Assembly: GCA_044892525.1 (NCBI GenBank)
Contig: CM097886.1
Span: forward strand, 125,240,001 to 125,304,000
Source of the DNA: Schmidtea polychroa
Taxonomy: Eukaryota
Length of the DNA: 64,000 nucleotides
Direction of reading: 5' to 3'
The stretch's first letter is position 1. The number at the start of each line of letters is the position of its first letter. Both the position numbers and the translations under genes were made by a program. Below are positions 13,631 to 26,685 of the stretch, in pieces. The notes beneath the pieces were generated by a model. The model saw only the letters and a list, made by a program, of their open reading frames with translations. It had not been told where the DNA came from and did not search any database.

Positions 13631-14459
13631 AATGAACTATGACAAAAAGTGCAAATTTTAAGAAAAATAATATGGAAAAATTATAAAAAATAATTATCAA
13701 AAAATTTATATACATTTGTATTTTTATATTAATAATTTTTGACATTGAGATGACGTCTCGTGGTTTATGAGGTGAAGTCTTGCAAGCTCACATGCCTGAT
13801 GTATGAGAATAAATAATTGAAAAGAATATAGTGAAAGATTTTGGGCCTGATGAGGAAAACTGATCCAACGGAGAATTTTAGGATTTACAAACAGTNNNNN
13901 NNNNNNNNNNNNNNNNNNNNNNNNNNNNNNNNNNNNNNNNNNNNNNNNNNNNNNNNNNNNNNNNNNNNNNNNNNNNNNNNNNNNNNNNNNNNNNNNNNNN
14001 NNNNNNNNNNNNNNNNNNNNNNNNNNNNNNNNNNNNNNNNNNNNNNNNNNNNNNNNNNNNNNNNNNNNNNNNNNNNNNNNNNNNNNNNNNNNNNNNNNNN
14101 NNNNNNNNNNNNNNNNNNNNNNNNNNNNNNNNNNNNNNNNNNNNNNNNNNNNNNNNNNNNNNNNNNNNNNNNNNNNNNNNNNNNNNNNNNNNNATAATAA
14201 TAAGTCATCATCATTATCATTTTCTAAATGAAATTTCAAATAAAAATTTATGTCTAGACTTTGTTCATCCAGGGAGCTGAGTAAATCATTTCAATTTGTG
14301 ATGCTCTGGCCTTTGAAATTTGACCCGTTCTGCGCAGCATCCGCTTTTATATATTAGGATAAACAATCTGAATAATTCATTCTAAACGAAAATGAAAACG
14401 CTTGTTATTATTTGTACTTTAATTATTTTAACCTGAAATATAAATTGATAATATTTTAG

Positions 14460-15185
14460 GCATAATTCTACAACTGGCACTTACAGAAACTCAAGTAATT
14501 TTGTCTGTCACATCCAGTTCAACATTTCCGCATTTCATTGGAAATTCCTTTTCTATCCAAATCCAACCTCTGATTAATGACAGCAATTTGAGTGCTGATC
14601 CGTCAGATACGATGGTGATCCGTATTGTTGATTTGAATTTTACTGAAATTCAAAAAGAATTGCTTATTTATGGAGTACAAGATTCACTAGATGAAGAAAT
14701 ACAAGGAACCCTCATGAACATCAAAATATGGTGAAAAAATCCTTCATCAACAGAAATGAATATATCCATAATGTTCAAGCGAGGAGCTCACAACAAATAT
14801 TTGGAAATCTTTTATTTTTCTGCTCCCAATAAATTTCAACGAAGAAAATATTTGAAGAATCTCTCCCTTGCCAAACGGTTATATCATGAACTGATTGACT
14901 TGTTTGTCCCATCCGCATTGGCAATCTCGGTGCTCCCAATTAATGTTGACAGAAAGGAAATTATAATTAATGATATGGTGATGACATCCTGCAGAGCCTT
15001 TGGTGGAATTCCACCGAATAAACCGAGATTCAAGGATCACACTCACTTAAATGTGACGACGAGAAATTATAGTGAAAAGGCCAATGAAATCAGAATCAAT
15101 TTTTGCGCATCCCTGAGTGACCATCTGACTAATTTCAGCTGCACCACTGGCAATGTTACGGAGACGTTCACAATTCACATTCATC
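14460..15185 (+). pseudogene. Ig-like module exon A, copy 2 (726 nt, phase 1-1, premature stop)
   Basis: TTTTAG acceptor at 14458-14459, GTAAAT donor at 15186; 242 codons. TGA at 14732-14734 where copy 1 has GAA. Confidence 0.65.
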
Positions 15186-15222
15186 GTAAATTATTTTTAT
15201 TATTATTTATTATTATTATTAA

Positions 15223-15259
<37 letters not shown>

Positions 15260-15357
15260 TAATTTGTAATATAATAATAGAAATAACACAAATAATTATA
15301 TTTCTTCAGTAATAAGATCAATAAATGAAAAATAAAAATTGATATATTTCGGTTCAG

Positions 15358-15490
15358 ATCACCCGCCCCAAGTGATACCATCAAGCCAATGCCAAATAGA
15401 ATAATGAAACCGAATTCCACAATTACTTGTGCCTCCGCTGATGGATATGCCGGTCCCACATTACGTTGGGAAATCTCATTGCTATATTAT
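15358..15490 (+). pseudogene. Ig-like module exon B, copy 2 (early frameshift; 3' extent unclear)
   Basis: TTCAG|ATCACCCG start as in copy 1; after a frameshift near 15378 reads IKPMPNRIMKPNSTITCASADGYAGPTLRWEISL (Cys-x-x-x-DG...W). Confidence 0.6.
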
Positions 15491-17091
15491 AATATATGTA
15501 CGCAAAGAAACGCAAATACAACTAAACTTAAATTGCCCGACAAAATCTAAATGAAAGATCAAATACGTCATTAAAAGTTACATGGAAAATCCTCAATCNN
15601 NNNNNNNNNNNNNNNNNNNNNNNNNNNNNNNNNNNNNNNNNNNNNNNNNNNNNNNNNNNNNNNNNNNNNNNNNNNNNNNNNNNNNNNNNNNNNNNNNNNN
15701 NNNNNNNNNNNNNNNNNNNNNNNNNNNNNNNNNNNNNNNNNNNNNNNNNNNNNNNNNNNNNNNNNNNNNNNNNNNNNNNNNNNNNNNNNNNNNNNNNNNN
15801 NNNNTAATTAAAGAACGAAGGAAAAGTTTTTATTATAGAAAATCCCCAACTAAGTATATTAAAATATAACATCGACCGTTTAACAGTATTCCTTTGGCTA
15901 GGAATCGTATTAATCACAATTAAATAAAAATAATAATAATTAAACAAATTTAATAAATAATAATAGTATTAATACTGTATCATAAAGTAATTTTTAAAAA
16001 AAACATTTTGTTTAATCATGCAATAATCAATTTAATTAAAAAAATTTTTTATAAAATTAATATATAAAATTAATCTAAATTTAACAAACAACATCATCCC
16101 AAATATTCAATATACAAGTTCAATTATTTAAATACATTCAAAATCCCTGTAGACTGGAAACTTTGAATATTAATTACAATATTTAAAGATCTAATTAACA
16201 ACGCCTTGCACATTAGTCGTTCCAGTAATTGCTCAAACTCTTCGACAAGATTTTAAAATCAGCAATACTTATATTTTTACTGGTACACTTCATAAAATGA
16301 TCACTAATATGGGTCAATCTATTCCGTCAGCAATGTTCAAGAACTCGACTGTAGAGATGCCGTGGGATTACACCCATTTCATGAAAATTGATACATGAGT
16401 TCTGAACACAGACCAATTGGAGTTGGAGACTTATTAGTGAACATGCTACCAACCTTGCAAGACGTTGAAACAATCCTAAATATAGTCCTATCTATATATT
16501 TAAGGATCTGATGCTTGAATTCTCTGAAACGTTCAGAATAAGGTAATACCAACACATTTTTGATCAGTGTGGATTTCTTTCACCTTCCGAACTTGATAAC
16601 ACAGATGATCATTGGTGTACGAAATTGAACAAAATACGAAGGAGGGCAGCAGAAATTATGGGCAATAATGGAATAATTGTGCTAACGTATAAAGGTTTTG
16701 AGTTAGATTATGATGAATATTTATTTGATTGTGGCTGTGTAACACGGAAGCTTGATGAGGATGGAATCTTGACGAATCAAGAACCGTTGCAAAATTATAA
16801 TAATGAGATAATTGCAATAAAACAATTGGAATCAGAGAGAGTAGAAAAAAGTTTTAAAATTGAATTACCAGATTTGGAAGGTGAGATAATGAATAATTAT
16901 GACGAGGTGTGTGATGAGCAAAAAATAGGAAAAAGATGAAATAAAACATGAAGCTGAGAAAATTCCTGATGAAAACGAGATAAAGGCTGAAGTAAAAAAT
17001 GAGGCGATTAATAGAGCATTAGAAGAAAAACAACGCAAAAGTTTGTACGAAATGAGGTGTGAAATGATACAATGGGGAAATTAAACAGTAG

Positions 17092-17838
17092 AAATATTTT
17101 GTCACATACGGAAATTTACAAGTAAAGCTCACATACAGTCTTTCAATATATTATTACGAGAAACTCCTTCATGATGATGGAACATATACGAATAATCAGT
17201 GGTCAAAAGTAAAAGAGCAGGATGAGATGATATATCTTAACAATGAAACCAATCGAGTCCAAATAGAAATCAACGATAACAAAATAACTGTTTCATGCAA
17301 AATCAGAAATCAAAAAAGAGTAAATATTTTTGTAAATAATAAGATTCAGGTGATACTGGATGAATTATCAAACAAGAGCAGAACTCAGTTCTCAATACTC
17401 AAGAAACGAACGCACATCAGGAGAATTCGCAATAAAAATCCAATATTACAAGCTAAAAGTGAACCCAGAATCACCTTCATTGGAAATAAACTGATCCATC
17501 TGTTTAATAATAACTTCTCAAAAAATGTAAATAATGATCACAACATAAAATTATCACTTAATTCTTCATTGTTAAAAAACGAAAGTCAATTTGCAAATTA
17601 TGCTAAAAACTCATCTTTTCATAATCCTATTGATACGATTTTCATCTGCATAATCATAGCAATCCCAAGTGGTATCTTATTCATCTACATTGTCGTCAGT
17701 TCAAAAACAAAAAGAAATAACAATAATCTTCATCCTTCACGGTATTCAAGACCACAGACAATATTGGGGTTGGAAACATTGGTACTGTTTTATTGCATGT
17801 TAGTGGGAGTAGAGTATTATTTCTTTAATATCTTTTAG
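17092..17838 (+). CDS. Candidate terminal exon of a type I membrane protein (Ig-like segment + TM + short tail)
   Basis: Open frame from 17092 with ...NNQWSKV...KITVSCKIRN..., then hydrophobic TIFICIIIAIPSGILFIYIVVSS followed by basic KTKR. Lies downstream of the A/B exons on the same strand. Intactness uncertain. Confidence 0.4.
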   Translation, partial: KYFVTYGNLQVKLTYSLSIYYYEKLLHDDGTYTNNQWSKVKEQDEMIYLNNETNRVQIEINDNKITVSCKIRNQKRVNIFVNNKIQVILDELSNKSRTQFSILKKRTHIRRIRNKNPILQAKSEPRITFIGNKLIHLFNNNFSKNVNNDHNIKLSLNSSLLKNESQFANYAKNSSFHNPIDTIFICIIIAIPSGILFIYIVVSSKTKRNNNNLHPSRYSRPQTILGLETLVLFYCMLVGVEYYFFNIF

Positions 17839-18524
17839 TGAGTGTGTTCTGAGAAACAATTGATAATCCTTCATTATAAAATTTATTGTTAGAAATTTTG
17901 AAATTATTTTTACTGTAATTTGATTGGTCGAATAATCATACGGCTGAGGGGGAAATTTTGGGTATAAAAATGGTGGTTGTTTTCAAAATTTTGACTTGGA
18001 AAAACATTCAAAACCACAAAAGAAAACATTCAATCCAATGCAACAAATCAACGAACCCACAAAATTGTATGCTCATTATTATAGAGAAAAAGGAGTCGTA
18101 CCGGAAAAATCAATATAATTGAAGAAATTCTAAAAATCCCATTTTGGGCCAGGAGTGGAAAAGAAGAAATGTGAATATGTCTTATAGAAATGGAGTATAG
18201 ATTAAACATGAAGCTTTAAAAGCTGTTGTTGAGGAAAAAGGAAGAAGATTGGGAAGCCCATGTTTATAAGAGAACTGTGGAAATCTTTGAAAACGATGGA
18301 ACAATTTATAATATAATGGCAAATAACGTCCTGGATGAAAAAACTGAGAGCGGCTAACGGTGTCACTTGGATAATTTTAGAATGTCGAGTGCAAGCTTCA
18401 ACAATACCAATGATGATGAAAATTCTATCAAATGAGGAAGAAAAGAATCTGATGCCAATTACTGAGGATATGCTTAAGCACAGAAAATAATTTTTGCGAA
18501 AGAAAATTACTTCAGAAGAAATTA

Positions 18525-18750
18525 GAAGAAATAATGTATTTATGGACGCGGAATACGGAATGAACAAGGAAAGCAAAATGGTTCTGTTATCCATTTGTTT
18601 GATTGAGTACAACGGGAAAATAATTTAAAACTTCTTAATAAACTCAAGAGAAAAGCTGAAATATTATGTCACGCTGATCCATGGAGTAGATCCGTGGAGA
18701 CTTTTGCACTTTTTGCTACCCACTAAATTGCTGTACCAACGTCAGTTGTG
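18525..18750 (+). pseudogene. DEDDh 3'-5' exonuclease-like relic (REX/ISG20-like N-terminal half)
   Basis: VFMDAEYG...LLSICLIEYNGKII*NFLINSREKLKYYVTLIHGVDP matches the Exo I D-x-E motif and downstream pattern of RNA exonucleases; one in-frame stop. Confidence 0.45.
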
Positions 18751-21339
18751 AACGTCATTCAGCTGTCAAAATACAATTATGGACCGTTACCGAGGAAAGA
18801 GTAAAATTGAACGAATTGACAGGAGAGTACAAGCACATATATGAAATATTTCCCTTCTCGTAACACCAAAAGAAATTATTCAGTTTCAAGCTAAAATTAT
18901 GAAATAAATAAATAATTATCTGAAATATAATTTTATATAAAATTACAAGTTTCCATAGATTCTATAAAGAAAATATTTACTCCAAGGTTTACTTAAATTA
19001 AAAGTCGTTCTGAATCGATCTGATATTTATTAAAAATATACGAGAAAAGGTTTAATTATTCTCAACTCAAAAAAAAGTGTTGCTAAGATCACAAAATAAA
19101 ACTTGTGATGTAAAATAAACTGTAAAAATTATAACCTTTGTTAAAATTTGTTAATAACATAATAAATTAAATATAAGAAAGTTGTTTAAATATTCAGACT
19201 ATTTTTCCTACACTTCATTTTCTAATAATTTCATGAAATATAGACGGCTTTTAAAGATTTGTGATATATGCCTTTTAGATTTTTACCGAGTATTATCAGA
19301 AGCTGGAATTTATTCACATTAATTTTAGTAATAGGCCATATTTATCATTGGAAATGACGTAATCAAACGTGTATATCCATCGCAAATTTCATATTTATGG
19401 AAGCGTTATGATGCTAATTCTAACACCAAATTCTTCATTATTATTTCAAGAACCTATACGTGATAATTCGAAGCTTATTAGCGGTTATTGACTGATAAAT
19501 CAACAAATCATTTATACCAAATATTTAGAAAAATATTATAATGATCCATTACCAAATTCAAATATTTTACTAAAGTTAAAATATTTGATGGAACTATAAA
19601 ATAGATTCTAGCAATATCAAATAGCTCCAAAAAATAACATGCAAACCCAATCAAGTTATAATGTGAGAAAATGACAATATATAATGTAAAATAGATGTGA
19701 TAATCATTTTGTTTATCCGGAATAATTTCAACAGAAATTTCGAGTGGATATTAACATTGGTCCATGAGATTCATGTGAATGTGAAAATGGAAGCTGATTG
19801 GTTAATTTATTTTATTCATTTTCTAAGTCCCATGCCTATTTTAATAACTTGCATTAGACGATTGCATGACCGTCTGAAATGCGATAATAATAATAAATAA
19901 ATAATTTAAAGTTCAAATATTAATCAAGTCACAAAATAAACCGAATAATCTTTGCTAGCTGACTGAATAAGATTTCAAAATACAAAGTCCATATCACCCA
20001 GTAATCTCGGACATCAGGTGATAATTTAAACACGATTCCAGTCAGACTGATGTTGTCAGGCGTATTATTGTTATTATTGTCGATTTAACTGTGCACTGCA
20101 TTGAATCGTTCCAGTCACCACTAAGATAAGCATTTGTGTCAATATAGTTGAAACTTGTAATCAGAGATGGAATGACCGTTGAACTTTGACCAATTGACAT
20201 TGTAGCATCTGTATTTATGTATCTCAGTAAATTTGATGCATAATTCATTCAAATATGAAAATGAAAATGCTGGCAATAATTTGCAGATTTATTCTATTGT
20301 GTTAAACAAATTTCTAAATGAATATTTTAGGTCTCATTCTACAGGTAGCTTTAGAGGAAAGTCAAGTGATTTTTTATTTAAATTCGTTTCGAGATTTCCA
20401 CATCTCATTGAGAATTAATCTGCAATCTAAATCCAATTAACAATAGCAAATTAAGTATGAATTTGAATTTTATCGAAATAAGAAAAGTTGTAATATTTAA
20501 TGGTATCCATGATTTCATTTATGAAGAGATACAAGGGGGAAATGAATGAATGAACATCAATAATATTCAAGCGGGAAACACAACAAATATCTAGAATTAT
20601 TTTACTTTTCTGCTCACTATACATTTCCAAATCATCTCTTTTTCGATTGCTTTTCATTGGCTGTTGCACAATTGAATTATTGTGAAATATGATTCATTCA
20701 TATCGATAAATTCAATTGAATATATCTTTGGCTGTTGGAGAATTCACAGTAATTCTTGGGTTGAAAATGCAGTTGCTATTAATTTACAATACGTAAAATA
20801 TCTATTGAAATAGACTAATTTAAAGGTTCCCGGCTAGTTAACGTGTTCTAGTTAAGTGGCTAGAGTTAGGGCATGTGTCGATGTTAGGTGTTATTCACAA
20901 CATATGCATACATATATCATGGATATAAATGCTATTTTATCTTTATTATTGCAAGTCTTTCAATTATTATCTATAAATATTTCTTATCTATGATTCAAAT
21001 GCTCGCTCTCTAGTTGTCCATTTATCACAAATTCAATAAATGTCAATTTGTTTTAAAAGTGAAAACAATTATTATATTAGGAAATAGACAGGCCTGAACT
21101 TGCAATTGAGGTGAAAATAAATTGTTTATCATTTACTAAATGGCAAGTTGCAAAATCGAGGTTGACTGACCTTTGATTGGTTTATGCTGGTTTATCAACG
21201 ATCATTTATTGTCACCGTCTTGATAAGCATTACATTTGAATCTGCAAATGAAATGATAACGGTTTTCAGTAAGTTCAGTTTATACTTTCCAAAATTAATT
21301 TATTTTAGGTTTTCTTTCGAACCTTCGAATTTTATTATT

Positions 21340-21655
21340 TCTCAAATCCGTTGCGAAATTTCCAAACTTCATTGGATATGCAATCAAGATCCGATAGTAG
21401 CAAGTTGACTATGATCCGTCATAGAGGAGGGACATACGAATTGTTGATCGCAATTTTACGGAGATTTTGGCGGAATTTCAAAGTATAATCCAGGATTTGA
21501 GGATCACGCTCAGTTAAATTTGACGAAGAGAGAATATAATGAAACGGTCAATGAAATCAGAATGATTTTGCGCGCATTTCTTAGTAACTATATGAGTAAT
21601 TTCAACTTCACCGCGGGAAATTTGACAGAAATGTTTATCGCTAGGTATGACATTT
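21340..21655 (+). pseudogene. Ig-like module exon A, copy 3 (diverged, internally deleted)
   Basis: YDPS*RRDIRIVDRNFTE is joined almost directly to DFGGISKYNPGFEDHAQLNLTKREYNETVNEIRMILRAFLSNYMSNFNFTAGNLTEMF; both parts align to copies 1 and 2. Confidence 0.6.
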
Positions 21656-21665
21656 TACGGTTTAT

Positions 21666-21710
<45 letters not shown>

Positions 21711-22329
21711 CATAAAAATATAAAAAAAATAGATATAAATATAATTATAATAATTAATTAATGATCNNNNNNNNNNNNNNNNNNNNNNNNNNNNNNNNNN
21801 NNNNNNNNNNNNNNNNNNNNNNNNNNNNNNNNNNNNNNNNNNNNNNNNNNNNNNNNNNNNNNNNNNNNNNNNNNNNNNNNNNNNNNNNNNNNNNNNNNNN
21901 NNNNNNNNNNNNNNNNNNNNNNNNNNNNNNNNNNNNNNNNNNNNNNNNNNNNNNNNNNNNNNNNNNNNNNNNNNNNNNNNNNNNNNNNNNNNNNNNNNNN
22001 NNNNNNNNNNNNNNNNNNNNNNNNNNNNNNNNNNNNNNNNNNNNNNNNNNNNNNNNNNNNNNNNNNNNNNNNNNNNNNNNNNNNNNNNNNNNNNNNNNNN
22101 NNNNNNNNNNNNNNNNNNNNNNNNNNNNNNNNNNNNNNNNNNNNNNNNNNNNNNNNNNNNNNNNNNNTAATAATAATCTAAATCAAGGTTCCGCTTTTTA
22201 TAAGACTTAATGGCCACATTCCGCTTTTAGTTTAATAATTAGGCCGCAATTCTTCGATTTTAGAAAAAGGGAAGATATTTTACAACAAAAAGGCACTCTT
22301 TAATGTTTATTATGTTGCAGTGCGTTTGG

Positions 22330-23690
22330 TATGTTATTGATGTCGACTTTGAAAGGGTTCAAAAACATTCGTATTTCGCTGCTATTTTTAAAATCCACAA
22401 AGCTTGTTGAAAATCCAGTTTGTAGATCTTCAATAACACTAACGATTTGCCATCGCTACTTTTTGATACATATATACAACATATAAAATGGTTTAGATTT
22501 TCTTCAATCATATGTTTCTTCAACAGAAATAGTTTGGCTTCAAAACGGTTTATGTCAAAAAACAATCTGCGAGTAATTTACCTTTGAACTTCAGGTTCAA
22601 ATTAAGTTCATTAAGGTACGCTCTAATATCTATCATAAATGCAAAATTTTTGATCCGATAGTTGTAAGATATTATTTTCTTGTTCCGTCATGAAAATATC
22701 TATTTCTTAAATTAAATTAAAAGACCTTAGAACAGTCGCTCTACTTAGCCATCTAAAAGTAGCGTTATTGAATTCCGAATCAATTTCTTTCAAGAATTCT
22801 TGAAATTTATTGTGTTTCAGACTGTGGTGGCGAATGCAATTTACAGTTGATATCACGGTGTTCATAACGTCTTTCATTGATGATAAAATTTTACAGCAAA
22901 ATAATTCCTGATGAATTATACAATGAAACACCATTGGATTATCACAACCTATATTCTGTAATTTCGCGTAAATTCGGCCTACAAATCGGTTTTAGTGCCT
23001 CACATATTTCTGCCACCATCAATTGTCACACATCTTAAGTTTTCCTATTCCAATTCCTTTACCTTTATGAACAAATCATTGTCGGTTGTAGTGCCTTTTA
23101 ATCTACATAAACTAGCCAATTCTTCATGAACATCAATGCATCGAATAAATATTATTAACTGTGCTGTGTCAGTTATGTCAATACTTTCATCCATTGTTGG
23201 AGAGTAACAGTCAAATGATTTTGCTTTAAATTTCAGATGTTCGAATAAATTGGTTCGCACAGATAGGCTAATATCTTAAAATAACTTCTTGGTTTCTGGT
23301 CATAATTTTTCAGCTACAGCTAGTAAACATAGTTTAACAAATTCTGAATCTGTAAAGGCCTTTCTTCCACAACAAGTTCCGCTACAATATAACTAGAACG
23401 AACAACCAATTCATTATGAATAGTTTGTTTTTTAAATATGTTTTGTTGAGCAGTAAAAGAAGGTTTCAATTTATTTTTTCTAATTTCACCGTTCAAATTC
23501 TTATATTGTCTTTCATGTTCATTCTCGTAATGACGTTTGACATTATATTCTTTTACTACAGCAACACTTATGACAAATAAGACAAAGGGCTTACAACCAT
23601 TTTCAGTAAAGAAGTACTCGCTACTCCAATCCTTATTAAAAATTTTCCTTCATCTGTAATTTTATGTTTTCTTGAACCCGTTTTTGGAAA
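22330..23690 (-). pseudogene. Decayed hAT transposase (GTF2IRD2/SPIN-like)
   Basis: Fragments VVKEYNVKRHYE, MDESIDITDTAQLIIFIR, VFHCIIHQE and RWLSRATVLRSF; multiple frameshifts and stops. Confidence 0.85.
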
Positions 23691-23719
23691 TTATTTGAAA
23701 TATTTTTTATTATGTGTTA

Positions 23720-23895
23720 TATAAACGTAATAAAAGTTTACAAAAATAATTTAATTTTATTGTTAACATTTTATTCTAGGGTTTATCTTAATTGTATTAA
23801 ATTCACTTCACACGTTATACACACAAACACTCCAGCAGTCCCAAAACAGATTTTAAAGGAGACTCTGCTAGGTTCTCACAAATTTCTTACAACAT
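23720..23895 (-). repeat. Hairpin-bearing dispersed repeat, copy a (LTR/pLTR-like)
   Basis: Reverse complement AGAAATTTGTGAGAACCTAGCAGAGTCTCCTTTAAAA...GGGACTGCT matches 30376-30434; related copies at 33310, 33956 and 41993. Confidence 0.7.
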
Positions 23896-24029
23896 ATCAG
23901 TAAACAGTTTAAACATACATATACGATTATACAAACCATCATAGGAACGTAGCTATAAATATAACCATAATAGATGGTATGAAAAACAGTTCATTCCAGA
24001 AGTTAAAAAATATCAAAACTTTATAGATA

Positions 24030-24907
24030 AAAGGTGAAAAACATTATTATTACTAGAAAATGCACCGTCCCACCCATCTATAGAATGTTTGAATCAGATC
24101 GATGAAATGTTTAAGGTAAAATTTCTTCCACCAAATGCCACGCCTGTAATACAACCGATGGATCAGGGTGTAATAGAAACATTCAAACGCTTGTATAGAA
24201 AACAGATGCTTCGACGATTATTGCTATCAGGCGAAAATAATGAAGAAACAGTTATCCGTTTTAATAAGAAAATAAATTTGAAAGACTGTTGCTACATGGC
24301 AGCAGAAAGTTGTAATTCCTTAGAAGTGTCAACGTAGAAAAAATCATGGAACAAAATTTTGAAAAGACCATTAGTATGTTCCAATAACGCAGTAACAAGT
24401 GATTTTCAAGACATTACGGGAGCAATAGCACAACTTTCAATATGTGGTGAATGTGACGAAGGTGTCACCGAGTGGTTAAATTGCGATGCGAACGATCCTT
24501 GATTCCAAATTTTGTATGATGAAGAAATAATTAAAGAATTATCAGTCTCAGTGGAACCAGATGAAGAAGATGATAAGGAAATTTGCAAGGGGATATCGGT
24601 CCTACACATTCTGAAGCTTTTCAGTGCTTAGATGTGGTTTGAGAGCCAAAAACAATATAAATCAAGTGAACTTGTGTCTTAAAAGTATTCGCGATTTGGC
24701 AGCTTCAAATAGAACCGCTAACTTTAAGCAAAAATCCATATTTGAATTTCTAAATAAAGAATAATTTATTATTGAAGATATATGTAAATGTAGACAAATG
24801 AAAATTATTCATATTGAATATATTCGTATTTCCCTGTCAATTATGATTTTTTCGATTATCCGGACTACCTTCATCCCCAATTAGTCCGGATAATCAAGGT
24901 TCTACTG
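24030..24907 (+). mobile_element. Tigger/pogo-type DNA transposon relic (3' half with TIR)
   Basis: DDE_1 motifs ENAPSHP and FLPPNATPVIQPMDQGVIETFKRLYRK; terminus ...GATAATCAAGGTTCTACTG followed by TA at 24908-24909. Confidence 0.85.
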
Positions 24908-26685
24908 TATATATATAATGACAATAATAGTTGACATTAATAATAATCACAAAGCTGCGACAATAAAGAAACCCTTGTATGTTGTATGCAAGACACACGA
25001 TTGATGCTGTTTCCAAAACGCACCAAAACGGTTAATTTCAATGAATTCAGCCTCCCAATGACTCATTATCATACAATTGGCTTGTGCCAAGTTACAAAAA
25101 TTAGATGACAGATCATCTGAAAAAAAGAACTATGCAGTAGAATAAATTTTTGCGGCAATCGATCATTATAGCTTAGGCCAAACTTATTCATGAAGCTCCA
25201 CCTTTAATTTACTACTAAAATACAGAAGCTCCTTCTATAAGTTTTTCAAAACACGCATCGAATTCTTGTTTAATATATATTCTATATATTAGAATTAATT
25301 GGATTATGATTGGAAGAATATATTATAGAATATATAGAATATATCAATGCACACACACAAAAATTAGGGTATATAAGCAGACGCATTTCGGTCATAATTT
25401 AATAATTTTGGTAATTTTTTGATGGTAATTTTTTTTAGACAACATTTTTCAAATTTTGTAATCGAAATTATGTCATTGGAAGTAAGGAATTTTGTTCTAC
25501 AGTCGAGCCCGCTTTATTCAGATCGGGATATCTTAGATTTTGACGTATATCGTAGTGTTTTTTACTTTTACAATTCATATAAATTTTACAACTTAAGTCG
25601 TATAAATAAGTCGTATTTTTGATTATCTCGTAGCTAGTTCGTGTGTACCCAGTTCGTCTACGAGGAAGTGCGATAGATTAGTGAGCACACACTGAAATAC
25701 GTCGCCACCAAACACCCCAGTATGCCACAACCACCAGTAAAAAATTGGCATAACCAATCACATTTGCCATATATAAAAGTCTCTTAATATAATTGATTAT
25801 AATAATTAGTATAGTGTTGTAGTTCAGTTTCTCAAGATTTTGAGCTCTGACACTAGATATTATCAGGAATTTTAGGAATCTATTAAAAATAAGAGTATTA
25901 ACAAAAAGTAAAGACACTTTCAGTAAATTTAAACTTTTATATTTAAACGGATTTTGATAGAAAGTTTTGATATTAAATTTTCGATATTCGAATTTTGGAT
26001 TCAAATAATTTTTATCACTTTGTACAACAGTGTTTCAAAAATTATCAAAATTTGCTGTGAAAGTCAATGTCATGTCGCTCATTCAAACTAAAAAACTAAA
26101 ATATATTATATTTTAAATTCTAATTTTTGACCTTTTTAACTGTTGGGGGTCCACCGAAAAAATCATCCACCAATAAAAAAGTTTGGGAATCACTGGTGTA
26201 GTTGTTTATAAAACTTGTACCAGTCAAATAGAAAAGTTTAATCGTAATCTTTTTTATAATACGCAAGAAAATAAGCCATAAATTTTTCGGTTTTGAAATT
26301 ACGATCACTTCTTAAATTAGATTTTAGCATTGTAAAACTTCTCTACTGCAATAAGACGTGTAGGGGCATTTTTTGATATCAGAGAAAGTTTATTAGTAGC
26401 AAATTCATTGATTTTTGGATATCAGTTATTCCAACTGGATCCTCGAGGAAATCAAGGATTTTTATTAAATTCCAGTTATATTCGATGCTTGTATTTCCAT
26501 CCTTGATTGAATCCAAAAATTTAACAATATTCAAGTAATATTAGTGTATTAAAATCAAATCTGGGTATATCCCTTACTTAAAACACACTTCGTTCGCCCT
26601 TTCATATAAAATTTCATCATTTACCAGAGTAATTAAATCTCGTACACTGTTTAAATTTTCAAAGTAAAAAGCCGTGGCTTTAAGC

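Noticed and set aside
20042-20248. Minus-strand frame ending GDWNDSMQCTVKS (Ig F-strand-like)
   Set aside because: Single motif only; could be chance.
22907-22930. CTGATGA-ATT-ATAC-AAT-GAAAC hammerhead-like core
   Set aside because: It is the antisense of the hAT VFHCIIHQE codons, and there is no stem III/UH site or stem I.
26028-26184. Possible small hAT MITE (CAGTGTTTC... / ...GGGAATCACTG)
   Set aside because: Ends match poorly and there is no TSD; only a lone Buster-like 3' end is supported.
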